Of a stretch of 56,094 nt of DNA, positions 1-9,107 are shown in pieces. Location of the stretch: the IMG/VR virus record IMGVR_UViG_3300034069_002176. One strand, 5' to 3'. Both the position numbers and the translations under genes were made by a program. Source of the stretch: a virus. The notes below the pieces were generated by a model. The model saw only the letters and a program-made list of their open reading frames with translations, had not been told where the DNA came from and made no database searches. The stretch's first letter is position 1, and each line of letters starts with the position of its first letter.

Positions 1-663
1 TTAGTACCATCCTGAGGAGTTGCTATGACCCCAAGCGGCACAAGGAGTACCGTAGACACCCGAGATGTAATTCAAGCCCCAGGTCAACTGAGTAGCTGGG
101 TTGGTCGCCCAATCGGAACCAGCGGAAGCCATCTTGCTGCCGGGGAGCGCCTGCGGGATCCCGTACGCCCCGGAGGGATTAGCAGCATTGGTGCGCCACC
201 CCGACTCGCGGTTCCACAACGAGACTAGACACGAATACTGATCCGTTCCCCATCCACGTGCAGCGACCATCTGTGCAGCGATAGCCTGAGCCGATCCGGG
301 ATTAGCCGCAGCGGCTACAGGAGCGGCTACAGGAGCGGCTGTAGAGCCCGTAGAGTTCTTAGTGGCACTCGTATTCGTCGGTGCTACCACAACCGGCTTA
401 GGCTTGGGAGGCGGTGGTGGCGGAGGTGCAATGATGGTGTATCCGTCACGTTCGACATCCTGGGGAACGACAATCGTAGAAACGGTAACGTTCTGCGTAT
501 GCTTCTGCGCCTGCATCCATACGGATGAAGTCTCCGGTGTGGATGCGGCATAAGCGCCGTTGGATGGGTCCGTATCGACAACAGGAAGGACTACCGAGAA
601 GGCGAGCGCGGCTGCTGCAAAAGAGACGAGAATGGGCTTAGGGCTTAGAGTAAAGTAGGTCAT
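1..663 (-). CDS. Secreted lytic transglycosylase (SLT/lysozyme-like, actinobacterial type)
   Basis: Signal-peptide-like N-terminus and Pro/Ala linker. The C-terminal CLVSLWNRESGW...GAYGIPQALPGSKM...NPATQLTWGLNYI...YGTPCAAW is typical of actinobacterial SLT proteins. Stop TAA at 1-3. Confidence 0.9.
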   Translation of the reverse strand: MTYFTLSPKPILVSFAAAALAFSVVLPVVDTDPSNGAYAASTPETSSVWMQAQKHTQNVTVSTIVVPQDVERDGYTIIAPPPPPPPKPKPVVVAPTNTSATKNSTGSTAAPVAAPVAAAANPGSAQAIAAQMVAARGWGTDQYSCLVSLWNRESGWRTNAANPSGAYGIPQALPGSKMASAGSDWATNPATQLTWGLNYISGVYGTPCAAWGHSNSSGWY

Positions 664-894
664 AAGTGAGTTGGTGTTGCTGTAGTTCTTCTCTCCACCG
701 TAACACGTATCATCCTGAATGACTACTAATCGAAAAATTTACTACATCTTTAGATGTACATAACCATAGTTCTGGCTCTCTGATTCGTTTTGCCTTCGTC
801 CGAATATACGGGTACAAACGTACCCCTACTTTTGGGTGTAAAGAATTACTCAGCTTCGCTAGGCATACAAGTTCGCCTAGCCTATAATCGCAAC

Positions 895-1461
895 ATGAAC
901 GAGACCTTACCCTTCGAACGTGAGTCAGCGACTCTGGCTGCGCCGGATTGGTATGACTTCAACTATTCACGTCGATTAAAGCCTGCCATCACCCCGATGT
1001 TCCTGACTGGTCTCGCCCTTTTAGCATTCGGTATCTTCGTTCTTCTTTCTTGCACATACGTCTACATTGCTGCGGCTGTTGTAGCGGAAGTTACGCAGGG
1101 TCTATTCATCACTGTAGCCATCATCGAGCTTGGTATCGTCGGTGTATCCGTTTGGGCATTCGCCCGCGATTATGAACGTCGTCGCAAAGAACGTCGGCTT
1201 ACCCCTTACGGTCGTCGATTCCACGCATGGATCAAGTCCGACTTCGTTCCGTGGCTCCGTGAAGAACTTTCCATCTTTATTGATGCCAATGACGCCGAAG
1301 AGCTTCTCATGCGCAAGTCCTATAGCCACATCAGTTTCCGAGGCGTTTCAATGGTGAAGGTCTCCTACGAGAACAACAACATCGTCGTCAAGCGTGAAGT
1401 TGCCGCTGTGTCCAGCCTCGACCCGTACTCCGAGACAGTGCAGGCAATCAAGGCAACCTGA
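895..1461 (+). CDS. Hypothetical membrane protein (2 TM)
   Basis: ATG at 895 shortly after TATAAT (leaderless-type); two hydrophobic segments. Confidence 0.7.
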   Translation: MNETLPFERESATLAAPDWYDFNYSRRLKPAITPMFLTGLALLAFGIFVLLSCTYVYIAAAVVAEVTQGLFITVAIIELGIVGVSVWAFARDYERRRKERRLTPYGRRFHAWIKSDFVPWLREELSIFIDANDAEELLMRKSYSHISFRGVSMVKVSYENNNIVVKREVAAVSSLDPYSETVQAIKAT

Positions 1462-1483
1462 TGTGCTAGGCTAGAACCTGATT

Positions 1484-1516
1484 CGAAACGTCCTTCCTTA
1501 TGGTGGGGCGTTTCGC
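1484..1516 (+). terminator. Probable intrinsic terminator
   Basis: CGAAACGTCC...GGGCGTTTCG stem after the 895-1461 stop. Confidence 0.45.
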
Positions 1517-1572
1517 AGTTAAAGGCAAAGTTGGTTTGGATAGCCTTTCCAAACCACGAATGGAGAAGATCG

Positions 1573-2058
1573 ATGAATGCTGCACGACTGAACTGGCTCA
1601 GGGCGGGAGTCCTTGGTGCCAATGACGGAATTATCAGCGTTGCTGTTCTTTTGGTGTCAATTGTTGGAGTGCTTCCTGACGACAAAATGCTGCTCGTGGG
1701 AATCTCCGGCATCTTTGCCGGGGCAGTATCAATGGCGTTGGGTGAGTACATCTCTATTTCTGCACAGCGAGATGCGGAGCGGTCATTCGGCAAGGAGCAG
1801 ACTAATCCTTTTCATGCGGCACTGTCGTCCTTCGTATCTTTCGTGAGTGGAGCAATCATCCCGTTGCTGTTCGCAGTTCTGTTTCATTCCGTCTGGGCAG
1901 TCGCCGCTGCCGTCTTGGTCGCGCTCGTTCTCACGACACTCATCTCGGTCCGGGTAGGTCATGCGAACCTTCGTATTCAACTCATCCGCAACGTAGTGGG
2001 TGGCGGTGTAGCATTGGGATTAGGTGTTCTTCTCAACACCCTTTTCGGGTCTTTCTGA
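1573..2058 (+). CDS. VIT1/CCC1 family Fe/Mn transporter, shortened form
   Basis: LNWLRAGVLGANDGIISV, AGAVSMALGEYISISAQRD and NPFHAALSSFVSFVSGAIIP signature motifs; RBS GGAG upstream. Confidence 0.9.
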   Translation: MNAARLNWLRAGVLGANDGIISVAVLLVSIVGVLPDDKMLLVGISGIFAGAVSMALGEYISISAQRDAERSFGKEQTNPFHAALSSFVSFVSGAIIPLLFAVLFHSVWAVAAAVLVALVLTTLISVRVGHANLRIQLIRNVVGGGVALGLGVLLNTLFGSF

Positions 2059-2120
2059 GAATATCCTGACTAATTGTTCGAAAATGATGCATTCGACCCA
2101 AAGTGTCTGTATTCTAAGAA

Positions 2121-2215
2121 TGTAACGACCCCCGTTTAGGGGTCAGGAACCACCCGCTGCACAGTCGGTAGCAGCAGGGTCAAAAACGTAGCGGGTGGTT
2201 CCGTTTCTCTCTGTT
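2121..2215 (+). ncRNA. Candidate small structured RNA or attenuator
   Basis: -10-like TATTCT at 2110-2115; hairpin GACCCC/GGGGTC at 2127-2144; 15-bp stem 2146-2160 with 2188-2202 followed by a pyrimidine tail; no credible ORF. Confidence 0.45.
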
Positions 2216-2434
2216 AGACGTGAAAAGGGATTAGCCGGACACCATCCTCGGGCTAGTCCCTTTTCGACGTATAGGCGTGTCGATTTGTGTTTTACGACAG
2301 AGCGGTCTACCCTCGAAATAGATGCGGCAAGAAGGGATGGATTGGTGCCTCACCACACATCGCTTGTCAAATGGAAAAGGTCTCTCAAACCAGGAGAATA
2401 CTCCCACTGTGCGCATTGCGTCAGCATTGATGGA

Positions 2435-2863
2435 ATGAGTGAAGTCGATGTAGAAGCACTCGATAGATGGGGTATCGGTCTACATTTTCTTGATCGCGTC
2501 GAAACCAGCGAAATCTTCGAAACTGAGTTGTTCTGGCGCGCGTCGGCGGAGTTCTTTGTCAAGTTCGTCGATGACAATGAAGTAGGGGCGTACGATGGTT
2601 CGATACCTGCCGCACTAGACAGGTATTTTGATAGCTGGAAATTTATCACCGGGTTGGATTCCGAAGATGCGTTTATCCTCATGGTGATGCCAGCAAAAGA
2701 AGATTTTACTGCACTAGAAGTAGCACCGTTGGTCAAGCTGATGGACTTCGACGAGTTAGTGACACAGATATTCGCTCGCCTTCCTTTGGAATTGATTAGC
2801 ACCGTTGTAGAAAGCCACGTGGACGGAGATTTGCTCCGTTCCTTACTCAAAGGAGCATCATGA
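2435..2863 (+). CDS. Hypothetical protein, shared C-terminal tail family
   Basis: Likely start MSEVDVE at 2435; ends LPLELISTVVESHVDGDLLRSLLKGAS; ATGA overlap with the next gene. Confidence 0.7.
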   Translation: MSEVDVEALDRWGIGLHFLDRVETSEIFETELFWRASAEFFVKFVDDNEVGAYDGSIPAALDRYFDSWKFITGLDSEDAFILMVMPAKEDFTALEVAPLVKLMDFDELVTQIFARLPLELISTVVESHVDGDLLRSLLKGAS

Positions 2864-3447
2864 ATTCCGTAATAGATTCGATTTTGAACGACTCCAATCT
2901 CGCCGCTGAACTCTCCGAGACGCAGATTCCCGGTTCCACCAGTACCGCCTATGCCTTCACCGTCAAGTTCATCTATCCGATGGAACGGTTGGCTGACATG
3001 TCGGAAGCTGACCAGGAAGAATACCGCGCTCTTCTTCCTCATGATGGTGTCATCTCCGAAGTGCAGGGCGCTGTCATTGACTGTGATGACGGAAACCCCT
3101 TCAACGCCGACTTCGACCCCGATGTCGAGGTATCGCTCGTCGCCCTTCTTCTCAGCGACACCGACAAGCTCGAAAACGTCGGGCGGCTGATGATCGTTTC
3201 CAAGGTGGGTGTGGACAAACGCTATGGCGGACGCAACCTTGGAGTGGGGATGATGGAGCGTGTTGCCGATGCTGTTCGCGCTGATGCCATTGCCTTGGAG
3301 TCATCACCTTTGGAACTCGATGAGGTGTGGAAGCGACCGACTTATGACGGTGCAGCCGCCCGGCTGCTGGATTACTACATGCGTAATGGGTTCCAGCGTA
3401 TTTCGAAGTTCCCGATTCACGTGCTCATCAAGTTCCTGAAACACTAG
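2860..3447 (+). CDS. GNAT-family acetyltransferase-like protein
   Basis: VGVDKRYGGRNLGVGMM resembles the acetyl-CoA-binding loop, plus LLDYYMRNGF; RBS AAGGAG. Confidence 0.65.
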   Translation: MNSVIDSILNDSNLAAELSETQIPGSTSTAYAFTVKFIYPMERLADMSEADQEEYRALLPHDGVISEVQGAVIDCDDGNPFNADFDPDVEVSLVALLLSDTDKLENVGRLMIVSKVGVDKRYGGRNLGVGMMERVADAVRADAIALESSPLELDEVWKRPTYDGAAARLLDYYMRNGFQRISKFPIHVLIKFLKH

Positions 3448-3461
3448 TCATTCTGATAGCA

Positions 3462-3494
3462 AACGCCCCTGACTGTTTTTCGGTCAGGGGCGTT
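3462..3494. terminator. Bidirectional intrinsic terminator
   Basis: AACGCCCCTGAC/GTCAGGGGCGTT inverted repeat between convergent genes. Confidence 0.8.
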
Positions 3495-3505
3495 GCTGTT
3501 GTGAC

Positions 3506-3895
3506 CTAGAAGACAGTGGAAGGGTCAGGATCTTTGGTGGTGAAGACGCTCCCGCTTATGTCAAGTATCTCGTTGGCGGTCAAAGTGGTGACGTGTTGAC
3601 TTCCCACTGAGTAATCACGACCCCCTTCGAGCCAACCGCTGTTGATTTCGTTATCGAGATGGTCATGAATAGGAGTTCGGTCGTCGATAGAGAATGCTTC
3701 GTAAGTTCCGCTTTGTCCGTCGAAATCTTCGGAGTCGATAAGCACGCGGGTGACGATAACTTCGGCACTATCCATCGGGTGCTCAACGGTGACAAGTCGA
3801 ATGCGTTTGTCATCGGAATAGCTACAGCGATAGCCGTACAGTACCGTGCCAACGGTAAGAGAACCGTTGTTGTCGATGAGGACCGTGTTGTCCAT
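3506..3895 (-). CDS. Hypothetical protein
   Basis: 129-aa ORF with AGGAGG RBS, ending at a terminator. Confidence 0.7.
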   Translation of the reverse strand: MDNTVLIDNNGSLTVGTVLYGYRCSYSDDKRIRLVTVEHPMDSAEVIVTRVLIDSEDFDGQSGTYEAFSIDDRTPIHDHLDNEINSGWLEGGRDYSVGSQHVTTLTANEILDISGSVFTTKDPDPSTVF

Positions 3896-4236
3896 TGCGC
3901 GCCTCCTATCTTCTGAGAATACCGCACTTTGTCAGGTTCGACTAGCAACGAAACTATTTCGATTCGGTAACCACTTCGCAAAAGGGCTTAGAGAAACAAA
4001 TCATGAGGTGTACACTCTCCGACAAGCTCGGCGGGTGGGAGACCCCTGCTTCCCCGCTCGTCGGCTGTAAACTTCGATCCTGATTCGGGGTAGGCTAGCT
4101 AAATACCCAACATCTCTCCTTGACTAAATCATCCGTTGGGGATACGATTCGCTGACGCACAACTAAATCCTGAGCGTTTCACATTAATCCTTCGAAACGA
4201 CCCATCCCTAACAGAACCCGAAACGTAAAATAGACT

Positions 4237-4566
4237 ATGAGCGCCCTCGCAGATAACCCCGTTGTAGTAAAGAGTTTCGATGACGACCAATACGTCAGCA
4301 TCGACCTCGAACACCCTATGGCTAGCCGTTACACGTCCAGTATCCTGCGCGTGCCGGTCGGACGTGTCGTCAAGTCCCGTGAGTTCACCTACGGTCTCTT
4401 TCACAGCACTCAGATCCATCAGTGCTTCGTCGCATGGGAAATTGATGGCGTAGAGTCACAGCCCACATGGATCGACTCTAATCACCTGATGCCGCTCGAA
4501 GAGGTTGTTAGTCAGCTTCGTAACGTGGTCGAAGAAATGGCACAGGTATTACCCGTTTCGGATTAA
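4237..4566 (+). CDS. Hypothetical protein
   Basis: 109-aa ORF with coding-like codon usage. Confidence 0.65.
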   Translation: MSALADNPVVVKSFDDDQYVSIDLEHPMASRYTSSILRVPVGRVVKSREFTYGLFHSTQIHQCFVAWEIDGVESQPTWIDSNHLMPLEEVVSQLRNVVEEMAQVLPVSD

Positions 4567-4767
4567 TTTTCCAGGTTGGGTTGCAGTGAGATGGAAGCTG
4601 TGCTATCGTTTCTATTGCGAGCATATGACTGTGGTGGTCTTTGTTCAGGTTGTTTCCTTTCTGATACAAGAAGCGGATCATCTTTCACTAGGTGGTCCGT
4701 TTCTTCGTTAAGCGACATTTGACTAAACGAATGATTGCATCTACCATCGATGTAGGAAGGAGCGTCC

Positions 4768-5697
4768 ATGCAGAAGATCATTACCCTGCCCGAGCATGGT
4801 TGGAGTAAATTCAACCAAGTCGTTGGCGGCTACGGTATCAATAGATCCTTCGTTGCAAGCTCCACATACGACAGCACTCGTGTTGGTCTCCCTTCGCTCA
4901 CAGAGATGTATCAATTCCTCAATAGCGATCTCAGCAATGACTTCACCGCTGACGAAAAGAAAGCATTCCTTGATGCTAAGATGTTCCGTAAATGGCGTCT
5001 CGATCCCGATTGGCGAGCATCGGAAACTCCTGCCTTCATCGTGCCTACCGAGGGTGACCGCAAAATAGAGTTCTTGACACCCGCCGATGTTTTCGACTCC
5101 TGGCTACGTAATCCTTCTGCATGGAAGTCCAGCAGATTCAAAGCGGTTTCTGATGGGCAAGAGAGCTTTTTGACTTGGACTGTCAAAAATCGCTTCGATG
5201 GACACAAATTCTTCACGGATTACCTCTTCCCACATGACGAAGAAGTGACGACGATTGCGGCATTCTCGATGTACCGCCGTACCACTCATGTGGAGTACGG
5301 GCTCAACCCCGTTCTCGATGTAGCGCGCATTCCCTTCTCGGCACTGTATGAAACTGCGAAACTGACCGATGGCGGAGACACTGCACTCTTTTTCCGTCAG
5401 CTTGAAGATTTTTGGCAAAATGACATGGACGCCATTATCGATGCACTAAGCATCATCGATGTCCACGCAGGGATCATTACCGACTATCGTCTCGGGGTAT
5501 GGGCTCTGCTCATCATGCGCGGTAAAATCTCGACTGAGAATGCTCGCCTTTGTATTGATAACGGTATTTCCTACACGCAATCCCTCAGCTACATCAACCG
5601 AGGGATTGACGCCGCGCTCATTCCTATGCTTGTCGCACATGACATCGACATTGATCTCGCTCAAAGTATTTCGAATCCGGTATTGACAACTGCATAA
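4768..5697 (+). CDS. Hypothetical protein, shared C-terminal tail family
   Basis: TTGACT-N17-TACCAT promoter and AAGGAG RBS; ends GIDAALIPMLVAHDIDIDLAQSI... Confidence 0.8.
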   Translation: MQKIITLPEHGWSKFNQVVGGYGINRSFVASSTYDSTRVGLPSLTEMYQFLNSDLSNDFTADEKKAFLDAKMFRKWRLDPDWRASETPAFIVPTEGDRKIEFLTPADVFDSWLRNPSAWKSSRFKAVSDGQESFLTWTVKNRFDGHKFFTDYLFPHDEEVTTIAAFSMYRRTTHVEYGLNPVLDVARIPFSALYETAKLTDGGDTALFFRQLEDFWQNDMDAIIDALSIIDVHAGIITDYRLGVWALLIMRGKISTENARLCIDNGISYTQSLSYINRGIDAALIPMLVAHDIDIDLAQSISNPVLTTA

Positions 5698-5752
5698 ACC
5701 AGATGGTATGGTTTTCTTGTAACACTAAATCACATCAATTCTAACTCAACCG

Positions 5753-5782
5753 ACTAGACCCCGCCATCGTGCGGGGTCTAGT
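5753..5782 (+). terminator. Intrinsic terminator
   Basis: ACTAGACCCCGC/GCGGGGTCTAGT perfect 12-bp stem. Confidence 0.75.
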
Positions 5783-5839
5783 TCGTTAACGGATTATTTA
5801 GTAATTGACTGCTGTTCTTAATCCTGGTACATTTAGAGT

Positions 5840-6415
5840 ATGTCAACTACCACGATGCGAGTCACACGGACTAACCGTGCAGGTACCGGTATCCTTTCTT
5901 CTGTCAACACCTTCGACGGTGTGAACCGGGGAGACATGTTGCCGGAGCGTAAGTGGACCGGCGATTTTCGTGAGGATTCAAAAGCCATCAGGTCGAACAT
6001 ACCTCACTCTGCTCTCTACAACCTGCTCGACGCAGAAGGCTTCGACATGGTTACGGCATCTGCTTACGATGCTGCTGGCGTGACGGCTGATCAGTATTTC
6101 GAGGCGTTTGATCTTCTCGGTTCAAAGTTCTTCGGACTTGTTGAATCCGCAAGACCTACCGACGCCAATTTCAAACTGCTGCGCGCTTCGCTCAAAGAAA
6201 AGGGCGCAACGATGGACCTTCGATTCGCGTTCTACCTCGCCCGAGGAATCATCGACGCTCCTGTTGTCGATTCTGTTCCTGTCGCTCGCAAGCTCGGCTA
6301 CACACAGTTCTTCGAATACGTCACATCGGGATTCTCGCTCGAAGGCATTAAGAGCATCATCGACAATGAAGTGGACCCGGAGCTTCTTAGTTCATTGTTC
6401 GCCGGGGCTGCTTGA
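5840..6415 (+). CDS. Hypothetical protein, shared C-terminal tail family
   Basis: Leaderless start after TTGACT...TACATT; ends GFSLEGIKSIIDNEVDPELLSSLFAGAA. Confidence 0.8.
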   Translation: MSTTTMRVTRTNRAGTGILSSVNTFDGVNRGDMLPERKWTGDFREDSKAIRSNIPHSALYNLLDAEGFDMVTASAYDAAGVTADQYFEAFDLLGSKFFGLVESARPTDANFKLLRASLKEKGATMDLRFAFYLARGIIDAPVVDSVPVARKLGYTQFFEYVTSGFSLEGIKSIIDNEVDPELLSSLFAGAA

Positions 6416-6463
6416 TTCCGATTTTGACTTGATGATTCTACCTCGTGGTGCTACCCTTGGTCT

Positions 6464-6604
6464 AGTCGGCTATTACAGCAGCCCGTCTCAAGACATCTGG
6501 TTCCTACGCAACACGGTGTCGCTGAGAGCAAGGTTCACGGAATCCTGTTACACCACATCATCTCACTCAATGACGATGATGCGTAGGGTCGTTGTCTTAT
6601 GGAG
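6464..6604 (+). promoter_or_regulatory. Structured 5' leader (candidate cis-regulatory RNA)
   Basis: Promoter TTGATG(6429)-N17-TACCCT(6452). Nested pairings AAGACA/TGTCTT, CCTACGCA/TGCGTAGG, GGTGT/ACACC and CATCATC/GATGATG close just before the GGAG RBS. Confidence 0.5.
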
Positions 6605-6607
6605 TAA

Positions 6608-7744
6608 ATGATGGTCAAGAACCGCGCAACCAAGCAAGCAATTCGTTCCCGCAAGGAGTCATTAGGTGAACCCTATTCCGTTGCTCGAAATGCAATCGTA
6701 GAGCCCTCTCCCGACCAATGGGGATGGGTTCGAAATCAGACACACTTTCATGCACCTGATGATTTTAGGCTTGGAAACTTTCCGCTCAATCACAAGATGG
6801 ACCGACACGAGTCTTACGCAGTAACCGGCAAAAGTACCTTCGATTACGGATGGCATCCGTCCATCGGATTCTTCGAAAGTGGCGATGAGGGTATTGTCGA
6901 AACAAAGGTTTTGGCGCTGCACGATGAAGATCAAACTGTGGTTGTGGGCGACCATCTTTACCGCCCTTGGACGGCATTTCTACTTGGCGCGAATATCGCC
7001 TTGGGAGTGAAGAAGCCTGCTCCTGCTGCGTTCGATACGCTGGCTGTTTACTTTGTCGCTGAGTTGGTGACAAGTTACTGGAATGGAGATTTGGAGCCGC
7101 TAGCAAATCTCGGTTACGCCTTCTGGAAAAGAGATGGTGCTCCAGGGCAGAATCTCTATTGGGGTCAGATGCAGTACCTCATCACGTGGATTGGTGAATG
7201 GTTCGAACAGAATGCACGGCTAACCCTTGAGATGGAACAAGAGATGCGCCTTGCCAAGCGGCAGCCTGATTTCACAGGTGAAGGTATCCAGTCGCTCATT
7301 CCCATCTGGGCGGAACTATCGGATGAACAGCGAAGTGGTTTCGCAAGAGACCTTTTCTACGATGTCGGTAACATCCCCTCGATTGACTATATCGACGGTG
7401 AGGGAGTGGTCTATAACTCCGGTTCCCAGAGACCACCTGTAACTCCTGTGGCGATGAACGTGGGCGACCGCGTGAAGCTGGCGGGCATCGGTAGGTACAT
7501 GCAGGTCCGAGCGGTCTCAGAACGTTTCGTCATCCTGACGTTCATCGATAGCAGAGATAACGTGCGCTACAGCATCATCGAATGGGAAGCTGGCGTTGCG
7601 GCTCCCCATGACAGTTGGGGTTACAACATGGGAACTGATGAAGAAATCCTCGACGCTATGGCAGCGTTGGAGTCGGGTAGATTGCAACTGTCATGGCGCA
7701 ACAGGTTACCGCTTGTCGTCCAGAAGGTAGCCAAGAAGCGTTAG
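6608..7744 (+). CDS. Hypothetical protein with a basic N-terminal helix (KNRATKQAIRSRKESLGEPYSVAR)
   Basis: 378-aa ORF with GGAG RBS. Confidence 0.8.
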   Translation: MMVKNRATKQAIRSRKESLGEPYSVARNAIVEPSPDQWGWVRNQTHFHAPDDFRLGNFPLNHKMDRHESYAVTGKSTFDYGWHPSIGFFESGDEGIVETKVLALHDEDQTVVVGDHLYRPWTAFLLGANIALGVKKPAPAAFDTLAVYFVAELVTSYWNGDLEPLANLGYAFWKRDGAPGQNLYWGQMQYLITWIGEWFEQNARLTLEMEQEMRLAKRQPDFTGEGIQSLIPIWAELSDEQRSGFARDLFYDVGNIPSIDYIDGEGVVYNSGSQRPPVTPVAMNVGDRVKLAGIGRYMQVRAVSERFVILTFIDSRDNVRYSIIEWEAGVAAPHDSWGYNMGTDEEILDAMAALESGRLQLSWRNRLPLVVQKVAKKR

Positions 7745-8085
7745 ACGTTCGTGAAGATGCGGATGATCTTTTCCTGGTCTGGGGTCAGGGGAAGGTCATA
7801 CCCTTCTTCATCCTGGTCGCCTAAGAACAGAACGTGTCCGTTGATACGACGCTGTGGATATTCGTTCATGGGGAATCCGAGGGTGTCGAAAACGAAGCTG
7901 GCGTTGTCGTTAGGGTCGAGTTCTTTCAAGAGCCCTTCGCCATCGACGTAAGCAGCGAAGCCCTGAGCGAGATGTACGTGCTCAACCGCATCGACATGAA
8001 GTACGTTCTGGATGTTCTCGGTAGTGAACTCGTGCTCGAATGGTTCTGCTGTGCCGTCTGTCTTGATGACGATTCCGTTAATCAT
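7741..8085 (-). CDS. DUF3846-like phage protein
   Basis: GIVIKTDG...YVDGEGLLKELDPN...INGHVLFLG pattern. Confidence 0.7.
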   Translation of the reverse strand: MINGIVIKTDGTAEPFEHEFTTENIQNVLHVDAVEHVHLAQGFAAYVDGEGLLKELDPNDNASFVFDTLGFPMNEYPQRRINGHVLFLGDQDEEGYDLPLTPDQEKIIRIFTNV

Positions 8086-8161
8086 AACGATTTACCCTTA
8101 CTCTTGCGGGAAGGCTACCGCAGGGATAGCACCAAGGCAAGAAAAGTGCCATGATTGACTC

Positions 8162-8749
8162 ATGAACGAATCAGAACAGGATGTGGCGCGTCGGCGCAAA
8201 GTGGAACGGTTGTTCGGCTCTATGTCGATGCCGTTCGACCTCATTGCAGTAGTCGAAGCCCTCAATGGCGGCTCGCTGAATCCGTATCACAATACCCAAC
8301 ACTTGTTCACCGTCGCCATTCGTTGCGCTGAGGCGGCTGACTTCTACCACCTTGATAGGCAATCTCGACGTGAGATTGTTCTTGCTGCGCTGTTTCATGA
8401 CTTTGATCACCCTTTGAATACCAGTGACGCCGAGAACATCGAGCGAGCTATTGACGGGTGGAGGAAGGTCGGTGCGGCTTATCTCATCGACGTGGACAAC
8501 AACGAGGTCGAGCGGATGATTCGTGCGACCGAGTTCCCGCACCGAGAGGCATGGGACTTGATGGAAGAAATCATCCAAGATGCAGATCTCATGCAAGGCA
8601 TCGAGCCGGATCGTGAAGTTTTCTATGCGGGGCTTTCTGCCGAAAGCGGAAATTCTGTCGATATCGAATCAACTCGGTCTTTCTTGCGGAGCCAGCATGT
8701 GAACACCACATGGGGTCGAGGAATCGTCGAAGATTTTCTCGCCTCCTGA
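8162..8749 (+). CDS. HD-domain metal-dependent phosphohydrolase
   Basis: PYHNTQH, LAALFHDFDH, IRATEFPH and IIQDADL motifs. Confidence 0.85.
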   Translation: MNESEQDVARRRKVERLFGSMSMPFDLIAVVEALNGGSLNPYHNTQHLFTVAIRCAEAADFYHLDRQSRREIVLAALFHDFDHPLNTSDAENIERAIDGWRKVGAAYLIDVDNNEVERMIRATEFPHREAWDLMEEIIQDADLMQGIEPDREVFYAGLSAESGNSVDIESTRSFLRSQHVNTTWGRGIVEDFLAS

Positions 8750-8764
8750 CGGGAGTATTAATAG

Positions 8765-8800
8765 CGAAACCGCCCTACAGCAATAGGGCGGTTTCGTTTT
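8765..8800. terminator. Bidirectional intrinsic terminator
   Basis: CGAAACCGCCCTA/TAGGGCGGTTTCG with a T tail. Confidence 0.85.
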
Positions 8801-8813
8801 GTTCTGGGCTAGC

Positions 8814-8978
8814 TCAGATGAGGTTGCGGGACTTGGCTTCCTCGCGGAGAAGCTCGTGAGTCTCGGTGCCGAGGTCGGCGTTCACGGAGTAGTTCGCCAG
8901 CCAGTCGTGAAGCTTGCTGTTGGAAAGATTGGCGATGATGGCACGGATGTCGAATGTGGTGAGAGTGGCTGTAGTCAT
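8814..8978 (-). CDS. Small hypothetical protein (54 aa, below the ORF-track cutoff)
   Basis: MTTATLTTFDIRAIIANLSNSKLHDWLANYSVNADLGTETHELLREEAKSRNLI. Leaderless ATG 6 nt after TATCAT, strong C-ending codon bias, ends at a terminator. Confidence 0.7.
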   Translation of the reverse strand: MTTATLTTFDIRAIIANLSNSKLHDWLANYSVNADLGTETHELLREEAKSRNLI

Positions 8979-9107
8979 ACTTCGATGATACGCCTGAGTT
9001 CTTTCACAGCCTGCATCAAAAACGGTATTGACTCGTTTTGGGGGTAGCGCCGAGGAATGTTCTCAGGAGGTCCTTGAAATCGCTCGAGAAGACGCTATGC
9101 TTGCGCC

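Noticed and set aside
664-800. Possible c-di-AMP (ydaO) riboswitch upstream of the lytic transglycosylase
   Set aside because: Such genes often carry one in Actinobacteria, but I cannot find the conserved GCTGAA / GGGGGA elements on the minus strand.
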